This document shows positions 19,144 to 27,701 of a stretch of DNA of 33,385 nt, one piece after another. Location: NCBI GenBank assembly GCA_046861645.1, contig JBHHUM010000021.1, positions 1 through 33,385 on the forward strand, written 5' to 3'. A model generated the notes under the pieces. The model was not told where the DNA came from, did not search any database, and worked only from the letters and a program-made list of their open reading frames with translations. The position numbers and the translations under genes were made by a program. Source of the stretch: Fidelibacterota bacterium. GTDB lineage: Bacteria; Fidelibacterota; Marinisomatia; Marinisomatales; UBA2128. How positions within the stretch are numbered: position 1 is the stretch's first letter; each line of letters starts with the position of its first letter.

Positions 19144-21126
19144 ATGAACAAGACGAATAGAGAATCCATCTGGAGGAAATATATTTTTTCTCAAGACCAT
19201 AAGGTTATCGGTATTCAATATGCTTTTACAGCGCTCTTTTTTCTTCTTTTTGGTTTCACTTTGATGATGTTAATGCGGTGGCAGCTCTCTTATCCGGGTG
19301 AGGCAATACCGGCCGGAGGGTTTGTGTGGATTGTTGTCCTGATTGGAGTTGTGGTTATATTGATTGGCGGGAGTCGCTCTCCGTGGATTTCTGTAGCGGG
19401 TTTGGGGTCAGGTGTACTGCTTTATTACATCATTCAATTACCTGATGTAGATGGGTCTCTCATAATAATCTTTATTTTGATAATGAGCAGTTTTTTGATA
19501 TTTGGTGCAAAGAATAGGATAATTTCATTAGCAGGAGTTCTCTTTCTCTCATTGGCAGGTATGATTGTATATCTTACCTCAGGGGAAGGGCGAATGCCAG
19601 AAGGAGTAATGACTCCAGATTTCTACAATTCGTTGGGGGCAATGCATGGCACCATTATGATTTTTCTTGGAGTAGTTCCTCTTCTCGTGGGAGGTTTTGG
19701 GAATTATGTGTTACCCCTGCAGATCGGCGCTCCTGATATGGCGTTTCCCAAAATCAATATGGCAAGTTATTGGTCTTATTTTTTAGGGGGAGTTGTCATG
19801 TTGGTGAGTTTCTTTGTACCTGGAGGTGCAGCTAATTCGGGATGGACCTCTTATCCACCACTGGCGGATATTGCTACTTTAGGTCAAACTGTTTGGATTC
19901 TCGGTATGGTATTATTAATAACCTCCTCCCTTTTAGGATCGATTAATTTTATTACAACGGTAATCCAGCTTCGTACTAAAGGGTTAACTTGGATGAGACT
20001 CCCCTTTTTTGTGTGGTCTCAGTTTGTAACGGCTTTTCTTTTACTACTTGCCTTTCCTCCATTGGAAGCGGCAGGTATTTTGCAGCTCATGGACCGTATA
20101 GCTGGAACAAGTTTCTTTTTACCAAGTGGGCTTTATGTGGGGACAGGACCCCTGCCGGTTAGCGGAGGTGGCAGTCCGCTCCTATGGCAACACCTTTTCT
20201 GGTTTCTGGCTCATCCAGAAGTGTACGTTTTGATACTCCCGGCCATGGGTATTGTTGCTGAGATTATTGCTAATAATACTCGCAAGCCCCTCTGGGGTTA
20301 TCGCTCCATGGTTTTTGCTGCCATCTTCCTTGGATTGATGTCATTTGTAGTCTGGGCTCACCACATGTATTTGACGGGGATGGGAACTACTATTACCGCC
20401 TTTTTCCAAACTACTACAATGATTATTTCTATACCTTCAATAATAATTCTCTCAGCCCTTTTCATCTCTTTGTGGGGTGGATCCATCAGATTTAATACTC
20501 CCATGTTATTTGCCCTGGGATTCTTGCCTATGTTTGGTATTGGTGGTTTGACTGGGTTACCTCTGGGATTGGCTTCTTCAGATGTTCATTTGCATGATAC
20601 CTATTATGTAATCGGTCACTTTCATTATGTCGTAGCACCGGGAACGATTTTTGCCCTCTTTGCCGGTATCTATTACTGGTTCCCAAAGGTAACCGGAAGA
20701 AAGATGGATGAAATGTTAGGGAAAATTCATTTCTGGGGTTCGATGGTTTTCATTAATGGTGTTTTCCTACCCATGTTTATTCAGGGACTGGCCGGAGTAT
20801 CACGCCGTCTTTATGATGGAGGGGCTTCTTATCTGCACGCTCAAGATGTACTCGTTTGGAACGAGGTGATTTCTTACTCGGCCTGGGGATTAGCTCTGGT
20901 TCAAATTGTGTTTATCATTAATCTAGCACTGAGTTTTCGTCACGGTCGGTCAGCAGATAAAAATTTATGGGAGGCTACGACCTTGGAATGGTCTGCAGCT
21001 TCATCTCCCCCCCTATCTCACGGGAATTTTGAAGAAATACCGACCGTTTTCCGTACAGCTTATGAATACAGTGTTCCGGGTGAACCTCGTGATTATATTC
21101 CCCAGGATCTGAAAAAGGCTGAGTGA
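19144..21126 (+). CDS. ctaD: Heme-copper oxidase subunit I, copy 1 (A1-type HPEVY; four-segment hydrophobic insertion; no K-channel Lys)
   Basis: MHGTIMIF, APDMAFP, GWTSYPP, HPEVY, VWAHHM, HDTYYVIGHFHY and GVSRR motifs. Confidence 0.96.
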   Translation: MNKTNRESIWRKYIFSQDHKVIGIQYAFTALFFLLFGFTLMMLMRWQLSYPGEAIPAGGFVWIVVLIGVVVILIGGSRSPWISVAGLGSGVLLYYIIQLPDVDGSLIIIFILIMSSFLIFGAKNRIISLAGVLFLSLAGMIVYLTSGEGRMPEGVMTPDFYNSLGAMHGTIMIFLGVVPLLVGGFGNYVLPLQIGAPDMAFPKINMASYWSYFLGGVVMLVSFFVPGGAANSGWTSYPPLADIATLGQTVWILGMVLLITSSLLGSINFITTVIQLRTKGLTWMRLPFFVWSQFVTAFLLLLAFPPLEAAGILQLMDRIAGTSFFLPSGLYVGTGPLPVSGGGSPLLWQHLFWFLAHPEVYVLILPAMGIVAEIIANNTRKPLWGYRSMVFAAIFLGLMSFVVWAHHMYLTGMGTTITAFFQTTTMIISIPSIIILSALFISLWGGSIRFNTPMLFALGFLPMFGIGGLTGLPLGLASSDVHLHDTYYVIGHFHYVVAPGTIFALFAGIYYWFPKVTGRKMDEMLGKIHFWGSMVFINGVFLPMFIQGLAGVSRRLYDGGASYLHAQDVLVWNEVISYSAWGLALVQIVFIINLALSFRHGRSADKNLWEATTLEWSAASSPPLSHGNFEEIPTVFRTAYEYSVPGEPRDYIPQDLKKAE

Positions 21127-21722
21127 TGATGCAGATCCCTTACACAGTTGAAGCCCGCCCGGATACTGGTCTACATAATGCCAAGATTGGTATCTGGCTG
21201 TTTTTAGCATCGGAAGTGATGCTCTTTGGTGGGTTCTTTTCTGCCTATGTTCTTTTGAGAACCGGAGCAGTAGTATGGCCTGAAGGATCATCCATACTTA
21301 ACGTTCCCATAGGTACATTAAATACTTTGATACTGATTACCTCCAGTGTTACTATGGTTCTATCCTGGGCAGCGCTTAAAATGAACGATCTCAGTAAATT
21401 CAGAATGTATATGTTCCTGACCTTTTTTCTGGGATTGTTGTTTCTGGTAGTGAAATTGGTTTTTGAATATACTCCCAAATTTGAGCATCATCTATATCCA
21501 AGTAAAAGTACTTTCCTGGCTATTTATTTCACTATGACTGGCTTGCATGCTCTGCACGTACTGGGAGGAGTGATTGTGAATATCTATTTTTGGGGCCCGG
21601 GTAGAAAATTGTGGGAGATCAATCCAGAGCGGTTTACTAACCGGGTCGAGGTAGCTGGTCTTTACTGGCATTTTGTTGACCTGATCTGGATTTTCCTTTT
21701 TCCCGTACTTTACCTGTTGTGA
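21123..21722 (+). CDS. ctaE: Heme-copper oxidase subunit III (short form), module 1
   Basis: WLFLASEVMLF, NTLILITSS, TGLHALHV and YWHFVDLIW motifs. Confidence 0.94.
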   Translation: MMMQIPYTVEARPDTGLHNAKIGIWLFLASEVMLFGGFFSAYVLLRTGAVVWPEGSSILNVPIGTLNTLILITSSVTMVLSWAALKMNDLSKFRMYMFLTFFLGLLFLVVKLVFEYTPKFEHHLYPSKSTFLAIYFTMTGLHALHVLGGVIVNIYFWGPGRKLWEINPERFTNRVEVAGLYWHFVDLIWIFLFPVLYLL

Positions 21723-21731
21723 GAAGGAATT

Positions 21732-22037
21732 ATGGATAATATTGAGAATGTTCAGAAATACGTAAGAAGGTATCTAACCGTATTTGGTGCCTTGGCAGTT
21801 CTGACGGTGATAACAGTGGGGGCTTCGTTTCTACAGGTTGGAATAATAACAGCTATCACTATTGCCATGATTATCGCAGCGACAAAAGGATCACTTGTTG
21901 TAGGGGTTTTTATGCATCTTATTACAGAAAAGAAATTAGTTTTCATCGTTTTGAGCCTGACGCTGTTCTTGTTCTTGGTACTGATGTTTATTACCCTTTT
22001 CACTTTTGGAAACCAGGTAGGAATTCATGTCTCTTAA
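21732..22037 (+). CDS. Cytochrome c oxidase subunit IV-like (prokaryotic), module 1
   Basis: Three TM segments; LAVLTVITV and A.TKGSLV...FMHL motifs. Confidence 0.85.
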   Translation: MDNIENVQKYVRRYLTVFGALAVLTVITVGASFLQVGIITAITIAMIIAATKGSLVVGVFMHLITEKKLVFIVLSLTLFLFLVLMFITLFTFGNQVGIHVS

Positions 22038-22221
22038 AGCGTTTCATATCTTCTTTATTATTCTATCCATACTCATGTGTATGGGTTTAGCCATCTGGAG
22101 TTTCTTACATGCTGCTGAGAGCTATACTCTTTTCGGGATCATCGCTTCCCTGGTAGGTTTTGGTTTGATGTACTATCTATACAGATTCTTGAAGAAGTAT
22201 AAGGGACTGGGATATTTATGA
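22027..22221 (+). CDS. Small two-TM membrane protein in oxidase module 1
   Basis: 64 aa, two hydrophobic helices, overlaps both neighbours, RBS AGGA. Confidence 0.7.
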   Translation: MSLKAFHIFFIILSILMCMGLAIWSFLHAAESYTLFGIIASLVGFGLMYYLYRFLKKYKGLGYL

Positions 22222-22469
22222 AGAAAATTGCTTTTCTGGTATGGAGTGTTGTTATATTGTCGATTGATAATTTATCAGCATGTGCTACTTGTTTTGGAGC
22301 CCCAGATGATCCAATGACAAAGGGTATGAATATGGCGATTATTACGTTATTAGGTATCACTGGCAGTGTAATGAGTATGGTCGGGGTAATGATTGTCTTA
22401 TTGCGGAAACGTGCCCGAGTAATCAGGGAGAAATTGAGTAAAAGTCTTTATGAGGAAAACAAGGAATAA
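22218..22469 (+). CDS. Small exported CxxC membrane protein
   Basis: Signal peptide ending LSA-CATC, then one TM and a basic tail; ATGA overlap upstream. Confidence 0.75.
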   Translation: MKKIAFLVWSVVILSIDNLSACATCFGAPDDPMTKGMNMAIITLLGITGSVMSMVGVMIVLLRKRARVIREKLSKSLYEENKE

Positions 22470-22474
22470 GTTTC

Positions 22475-23431
22475 ATGTTGGAGCTGTTACATAAACTGGG
22501 TTTACCTGAGAACTTTTCGGTTCAGGGAGTGGGAATAGATGCCACTATTGAATGGATTCATATCTTGATGTTTGTCCTATTCTTTATCTGGGCACCCTTT
22601 TTCATCTACACCTTAGTTCGCTTTCGTAGATCGCGAAATCCCCAGGCTGATTATGTAGGTGTGAGGAGTCACGTTTCAAGTTATTTAGAAGGAGGGGTAG
22701 CACTTTTTGAAGCAGCCCTACTCATCGGTTTTGCTTTTCCAGTTTGGGAGGAAAGAGTAAATAATGTTCCTCCTCCGAATGACAAAGATGCTATTCATGT
22801 TAGAGTATTGGCTCAACAGTTTCAATGGAATGTACAATATGCCGGTGAAGATGATGTTTTCGGTATCAATAGAATTGATCTTATTGATGATGAAGCCCAA
22901 AATTTTATTGGATTAGATCGTTCTGATTCGTCCGCCCTAGATGATGTTCTCCTTTCCAATGAACTTCACCTCCCTGTGAATCGCCCAGCAGTTATTTACC
23001 TTTCATCGAAGGATGTAATCCATAGTTTCTTTTTACCAACCTTTCGTGTAAAACAGGATGCTATTCCTGGGATGAGGATACCTATCTCATTCCAACCTAC
23101 TCAAACCGGTTATTCAGAGATTGCCTGTGCTCAACTTTGTGGTAACAGTCACTATCGCATGAAAGGATATCTCTACATTCATACCCTAAAAGGTTATCAA
23201 TCATTTATTAACGCACGCTCAACGCTGGCAAAAGTAAATGATTATGATCTTGGTTTTGAGGCTGAGAAAAAACTTAAAGCGGTTATGAGTGCCCTCCGTT
23301 TAGGAGATTCAGCTACAGCTGAAAGACTTGCTGCTGAAGCTCAGCAATTAGCTACCAAGGCCTTGGAGGATAAGGCAGAAGGTGGAGGGGAAGATTGGGA
23401 TGAGTGGGGGGAAGAAGAGTGGGATAGCTGA
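22475..23431 (+). CDS. ctaC: Cytochrome c oxidase subunit II, copy 1 (CuA, CAQLCG variant) with helical/acidic C-terminal extension
   Basis: Two TMs, QQFQW, DVIHSF, KQDAIPG, CAQLCGNSHYRM; no fused CxxCH. Confidence 0.94.
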   Translation: MLELLHKLGLPENFSVQGVGIDATIEWIHILMFVLFFIWAPFFIYTLVRFRRSRNPQADYVGVRSHVSSYLEGGVALFEAALLIGFAFPVWEERVNNVPPPNDKDAIHVRVLAQQFQWNVQYAGEDDVFGINRIDLIDDEAQNFIGLDRSDSSALDDVLLSNELHLPVNRPAVIYLSSKDVIHSFFLPTFRVKQDAIPGMRIPISFQPTQTGYSEIACAQLCGNSHYRMKGYLYIHTLKGYQSFINARSTLAKVNDYDLGFEAEKKLKAVMSALRLGDSATAERLAAEAQQLATKALEDKAEGGGEDWDEWGEEEWDS

Positions 23432-23453
23432 TTGGTTTGAGTAACTATTAATA

Positions 23454-25421
23454 ATGGCTAGAAATCTATCCTTGAATACTCTCCATCCTGATCTGAAATA
23501 TCGTACGTCAGTGTGGTTAAGACGATTTGCGAAGATTACTGCTATTGCCACACTACTTCTCATTTTTGCCGGGGGACTTGTCACCAGCACGGGATCAGGC
23601 CTTTCCGTTCCTGACTGGCCCAATACCTATGGCCAATTTATGTTTGCTTTTCCCCTTTCGGATATGGTGGGAGGTATTCTTTATGAACATTCTCACCGAA
23701 TAATTGCCACGGTAGTTGGACTTTTTATGCTGATTCTTGCTATTTGGTTGTGGAAAGTTGAACCCCGTCGTTGGCTTAAACGGTTAGGATGGATTGCCCT
23801 GGCAGCTGTAATTGCCCAGGGCGTTTTGGGTGGGATCACAGTATTGACCTATCTTCCCTTGGGTGTGTCCATGGCTCATGGTATTCTGGCGCAGACATTT
23901 TTTTGTATCACTATTGCAATTGCCTACTTCCTTTCTCGGGAATGGAAGGAGAGACAAAGACTAATTAGGCATAACCAGAACAGATCACTTTTAAAATGGA
24001 GTAAAATCACTGCTGGACTTATCTACTTGCAACTGATTTTAGGTGCTCTTATGAGGCATTCTGAATCTGGGTTGGCTATTCTAGATTTTCCTTTAACGGG
24101 AGGAAGAATTATTCCAGATTTTATGGCATTGATGATAAATGTTAATGATAAACGATTTGAGTTAGGGTGGGAAGAAATAACCATCTGGCAGGTTGGTATT
24201 CATTTTCTCCACCGATTAGGTGCTATTGCAGTAAGTGTAGGAATAGTTGGAATGTTTATTAAGGTGGTAAAATATTTCAGTAAAAGCAGAAAATTGTTAT
24301 TTCCAGCCACAGTTCTCATGTTATTGTTGGTTGCTCAAATTACCCTTGCCGCCTACGTAATATGGTCCCTAAGGAATCCCATCATTACTACATTTCATGT
24401 CTGGGTGGGGGCGCTCATGCTGGGTATTGCTACTTTTCTATCTCTCCGTTGTTACAGCCTATTTCGAATACCAGCACATTATGATAAACTTGATGAGAAA
24501 AAGATTCAATCAATTCCTCCAGAAACTCAAACCCTGTCATTTAGCGGGAAAGTAGGTGCTCTTTTAGAACTGACTAAACCAACTATTACTCTAATGGTCA
24601 TGGTGTCTACCTTTATTGGTTTTTATCTCGGCTTACAAAGTGATGGTGCTTCTATAACAAGCAAATTATGGCTCCTTATTCATCTGTTAATTGGAACAGC
24701 CCTGGTTGCTGGTGGAGTAGGAACTTTGAACGAGTATATGGAAAGAGATCTGGATGCTCGTATGAAGCGTACGAACGGTCGTCCCTTACCATCCCGACGA
24801 CTAACTCCTCAGTCTGCATTGGTTTTTGGAGTGAGCATAGCTGCAATTGGAGTATTTTATCTGATGGCTACTACTAATATCTTTACCAGTCTGCTGGCGG
24901 CAACAACGTTGCTTATATATCTGTTTATTTATACTCCAATGAAACGGAAGACGGTCCTAAATACAATCGTGGGTGCTGTTCCGGGAGCTTTGCCACCCAT
25001 AGGTGGCTGGCTGGCAGCTACTGGAGAAATTTCTCTGGCAGCCTGGTTAGTCTTCGGTATTATGTTTCTTTGGCAGATCCCACATTTTCTTTCCTTAGCT
25101 TGGATTTATCGTAAAGACTATGCCAAGGTTGGGTTTAAAATGTTAACCGTTACCGATAGTACTGGAGAAATAACTGCCCGTTATATGGTTATCTTTAGTT
25201 CAGCTCTCCTGGTTTGTAGTCTTAGCTTGACGTTAATTGGATTAACAAGCCAAATTTATTTCGTGGGTGCACTGTTTCTTGGATTGTTTTTTTTGTTGGT
25301 CAGTGTCTGGGCAGCCTGGCATCTCACAAATCAATCGGCAAAAAGACTATTGCTTACTTCAGTGTTCTATCTTCCAGCGCTTACGACTTTACTTATTATA
25401 GATAGAGGATTATTTTTCTAA
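23454..25421 (+). CDS. Heme A synthase (CtaA) fused to heme O synthase (CtaB)
   Basis: N-half GGLVTSTGSGLSVPDWP, EHSHR, HFLHR; C-half LTKP, NEYMERDLD.RMKRT..RPLP, YTPMKR, GAVPGALPP, WQIPHF. Confidence 0.93.
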   Translation: MARNLSLNTLHPDLKYRTSVWLRRFAKITAIATLLLIFAGGLVTSTGSGLSVPDWPNTYGQFMFAFPLSDMVGGILYEHSHRIIATVVGLFMLILAIWLWKVEPRRWLKRLGWIALAAVIAQGVLGGITVLTYLPLGVSMAHGILAQTFFCITIAIAYFLSREWKERQRLIRHNQNRSLLKWSKITAGLIYLQLILGALMRHSESGLAILDFPLTGGRIIPDFMALMINVNDKRFELGWEEITIWQVGIHFLHRLGAIAVSVGIVGMFIKVVKYFSKSRKLLFPATVLMLLLVAQITLAAYVIWSLRNPIITTFHVWVGALMLGIATFLSLRCYSLFRIPAHYDKLDEKKIQSIPPETQTLSFSGKVGALLELTKPTITLMVMVSTFIGFYLGLQSDGASITSKLWLLIHLLIGTALVAGGVGTLNEYMERDLDARMKRTNGRPLPSRRLTPQSALVFGVSIAAIGVFYLMATTNIFTSLLAATTLLIYLFIYTPMKRKTVLNTIVGAVPGALPPIGGWLAATGEISLAAWLVFGIMFLWQIPHFLSLAWIYRKDYAKVGFKMLTVTDSTGEITARYMVIFSSALLVCSLSLTLIGLTSQIYFVGALFLGLFFLLVSVWAAWHLTNQSAKRLLLTSVFYLPALTTLLIIDRGLFF

Positions 25422-25450
25422 AAGCTAAAATATACTGTCGAGCAAAGCTA

Positions 25451-26161
25451 TTAGTCTCTGAATCCTGCAATTTTACTTAGACGCTCAGAAGAGAGAATTA
25501 CGATATACCTCTGTTCGGTACGGATGATTTCCTCTTCTCGAAACTCACTTAAGATTCTGACTGTAGTTTCTGTGCTGGATCCGATGAGATCTGCCAAGTC
25601 TTCTCGGGTAAGGGGTAGATTTATTTTGATTGCAGCTCCAAAGTTCTCGCTATAACGCTCTTTTAGAAGCAGTAACATTCCTGCCAATCTTTCCCTGACA
25701 GAGAGATGAGCGATTTCTGTGGTATGCTTATCTGCATGCACAAGCTCCTGGGCCAGGTTTCGGATGATCTGCCAAGTGACCTCTTTACTGTCAGAAATGA
25801 GAGGGTAAAAACCCCTCCGATCGATGAAGCAGACCATTACTTCCTCGAGAGCTTCTGCAGTACAGGAATAGGATTCGTCTGCGAACAAAGACCAATGTCC
25901 AATTAATTCCCCCGGTCCTGCAATACGCATAATCTTTCGCTTTCCGTCGGCTGTAGTTCTATAAATTTTAATCTTTCCAGCATTAACGCAGTAAAGTCCG
26001 AAGACAGGATGACCTTCGTAAAAAATCACCTGTCCTTTGTTGAAGTTAAAAACCCGCTTAGTTGAGCTGAGACGTAAGGTAAGCTCGGGTTCGCATGCTT
26101 TAAACACCCCTAAATGCCGAGAAGGACAAACGGTGCAACTAATTTTTTCAGAATGATTCAT
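25451..26161 (-). CDS. Crp/Fnr-family regulator with FNR-like cysteines
   Basis: Likely ATG at 26161 (MNHSEKISCTVC...KAC); cNMP-like domain with EALEEVMVCFI; HTH LTREDLADLIGSSTETTVR. Confidence 0.92.
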   Translation of the reverse strand: MNHSEKISCTVCPSRHLGVFKACEPELTLRLSSTKRVFNFNKGQVIFYEGHPVFGLYCVNAGKIKIYRTTADGKRKIMRIAGPGELIGHWSLFADESYSCTAEALEEVMVCFIDRRGFYPLISDSKEVTWQIIRNLAQELVHADKHTTEIAHLSVRERLAGMLLLLKERYSENFGAAIKINLPLTREDLADLIGSSTETTVRILSEFREEEIIRTEQRYIVILSSERLSKIAGFRD

Positions 26162-26194
26162 CTGTTGTTTATTAGATACTAAAATACAAAATAG

Positions 26195-26230
26195 TTGACA
26201 AATATCAATTATCAAATTGACTTATATCGT
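26195..26230. promoter_or_regulatory. FNR-type box plus a weaker second box 22 bp away
   Basis: TTGAC-AAAT-ATCAA (26195-26208, one mismatch to TTGAT-N4-ATCAA) and TTGAC-TTAT-ATCGT (26217-26230) in the divergent fnr/rrf2 spacer. Confidence 0.65.
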
Positions 26231-26263
26231 TTGAAATATTTTCCATTCAGAAGAAACTATACC

Positions 26264-26292
26264 ATTAAACATGACATAATTACTCTCATTAA
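26264..26292. promoter_or_regulatory. Rrf2-type operator candidate (site C)
   Basis: ATTAAA-CAT-GACA-TAAT-TACTC matches the reverse complement of site A (ATTAAA-GTG-GACA-ATTC-TACTC). Confidence 0.45.
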
Positions 26293-26337
26293 TCATGTTA
26301 AGAATATTTCCATTCTTGTCAGCAAAGGAGAAGGTGA

Positions 26338-26781
26338 ATGCGTCTATCAATGACAGGTGAGTATGCTGTGCGTGCAATGTTACATCTTTCCAGTAAGGGT
26401 TATGGTAATATGGTGCAGATCTCAGAGGTATCCAGAGAACAGAAAATCCCGGAGAGTATTCTACGCAAGATCATTGGGCAGTTAGTAAAAGCCGGAGTAC
26501 TTTATTCACTTAGGGGAAAAGGGGGGGGAGTTTCTCTAGCCAGACAACCAGAGACAATCTCCCTGCTGGAAATTGTTGAAGCCATTGAAGGTAAGATTTT
26601 CTTAAACCAGTGCCTGATTGGACCTGACTTCTGTGAAAGGACCGGGTATTGTGCAGTCCATCTTGTCTGGCGTGAGGTACAGGAGAAAATGGTAGACATT
26701 CTTGGTAACCGTAATATGGCAGCTTTAGTCCAGGAGCATCAGGAGCGGTTCTATGCATATTTGGGAGGGGCAGGGAAATAG
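26338..26781 (+). CDS. Rrf2-family transcriptional regulator, copy 2
   Basis: EYAVRAMLHL, LVKAGVL.SLRGKGGG, EIVEAIEG, C-x6-C-x5-C-x2-H; RBS AAGGAG. Confidence 0.94.
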   Translation: MRLSMTGEYAVRAMLHLSSKGYGNMVQISEVSREQKIPESILRKIIGQLVKAGVLYSLRGKGGGVSLARQPETISLLEIVEAIEGKIFLNQCLIGPDFCERTGYCAVHLVWREVQEKMVDILGNRNMAALVQEHQERFYAYLGGAGK

Positions 26782-26785
26782 AAAG

Positions 26786-27700
26786 ATGATTACCACTTTA
26801 GGTCACATCGAGAGTAATATCCCAACCTTTTGGGAAAAATTCAGGGCATATCTTGAGGTTACAAAACCAGGTATATCCTTAATGGTATTCGTTTCAGTCA
26901 TTATGGGATTTCTTCTGGGAAGTTTCAGTACCAATCAACCTGTTAACATTCTTCTGCTTCTCCATCTACTGATAGGTTCGACCTTTGCGGCTGCAGGTGT
27001 AGGTGCACTAAATGAATTTGTTGAACACGAAGTAGATGCCAAGATGAAGCGTACCAAGGCCCGTCCAATCCCTTCAGGAAAACTTACTCCAGTGTCAGTT
27101 CTATATTTAGGATTAACGGTTTCAATTTTTGGAATTCTATACCAGGCTTTTATGGTTGAAATCGGGGTCAGTTTGCTGACACTGTTGACCATCACGTCCT
27201 ATATTCTAATTTATACTCCATTGAAAAAGCGAACCGAATGGAACACTATGATTGGTGCAGTTCCAGGTGCTTTACCTCCTTTAGGAGGGTGGTTAGCTGC
27301 TACTGGACACCTTGATTGGGGAGCTTGGATTGTAGCAGGAATTCTCTACTTATGGCAATTACCTCATTTTCTAGCCATCGCCTGGATCTATCGCAATGAT
27401 TATCAAAGAGGTGGATTTAGAATGCTTCCTGTAGTAGATCCAACGGGTAAAAGATCAGCCAGGCATTTGATGGTGAGCAGTATGGCTTTATTGTTATTAA
27501 GCCTGGTGCCAGTATTCATAAGTATCACAGGGGAAATATATTTATTCGGGATGGTAACAATGGGGACTACGCTTATTTGGTTCTCAGTAATGGCTGCTTG
27601 GGAGAAAACAAATCTTCAAGCCCGAAAATTATTACTGGTTTCGATAGTTTATCTTCCAGCAATGTTGGGATTAGTGTTGTTAGACAATATTCTCTATTAA
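26786..27700 (+). CDS. ctaB: Heme O synthase (protoheme IX prenyltransferase), stand-alone copy
   Basis: VTKPG, NEFVE..VDAKMKRT..RPIP, YTPLKK, GAVPGALPP, WQLPHF; ATG at 26786 just after the rrf2 stop. Confidence 0.94.
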   Translation: MITTLGHIESNIPTFWEKFRAYLEVTKPGISLMVFVSVIMGFLLGSFSTNQPVNILLLLHLLIGSTFAAAGVGALNEFVEHEVDAKMKRTKARPIPSGKLTPVSVLYLGLTVSIFGILYQAFMVEIGVSLLTLLTITSYILIYTPLKKRTEWNTMIGAVPGALPPLGGWLAATGHLDWGAWIVAGILYLWQLPHFLAIAWIYRNDYQRGGFRMLPVVDPTGKRSARHLMVSSMALLLLSLVPVFISITGEIYLFGMVTMGTTLIWFSVMAAWEKTNLQARKLLLVSIVYLPAMLGLVLLDNILY

Positions 27701-27701
27701 T

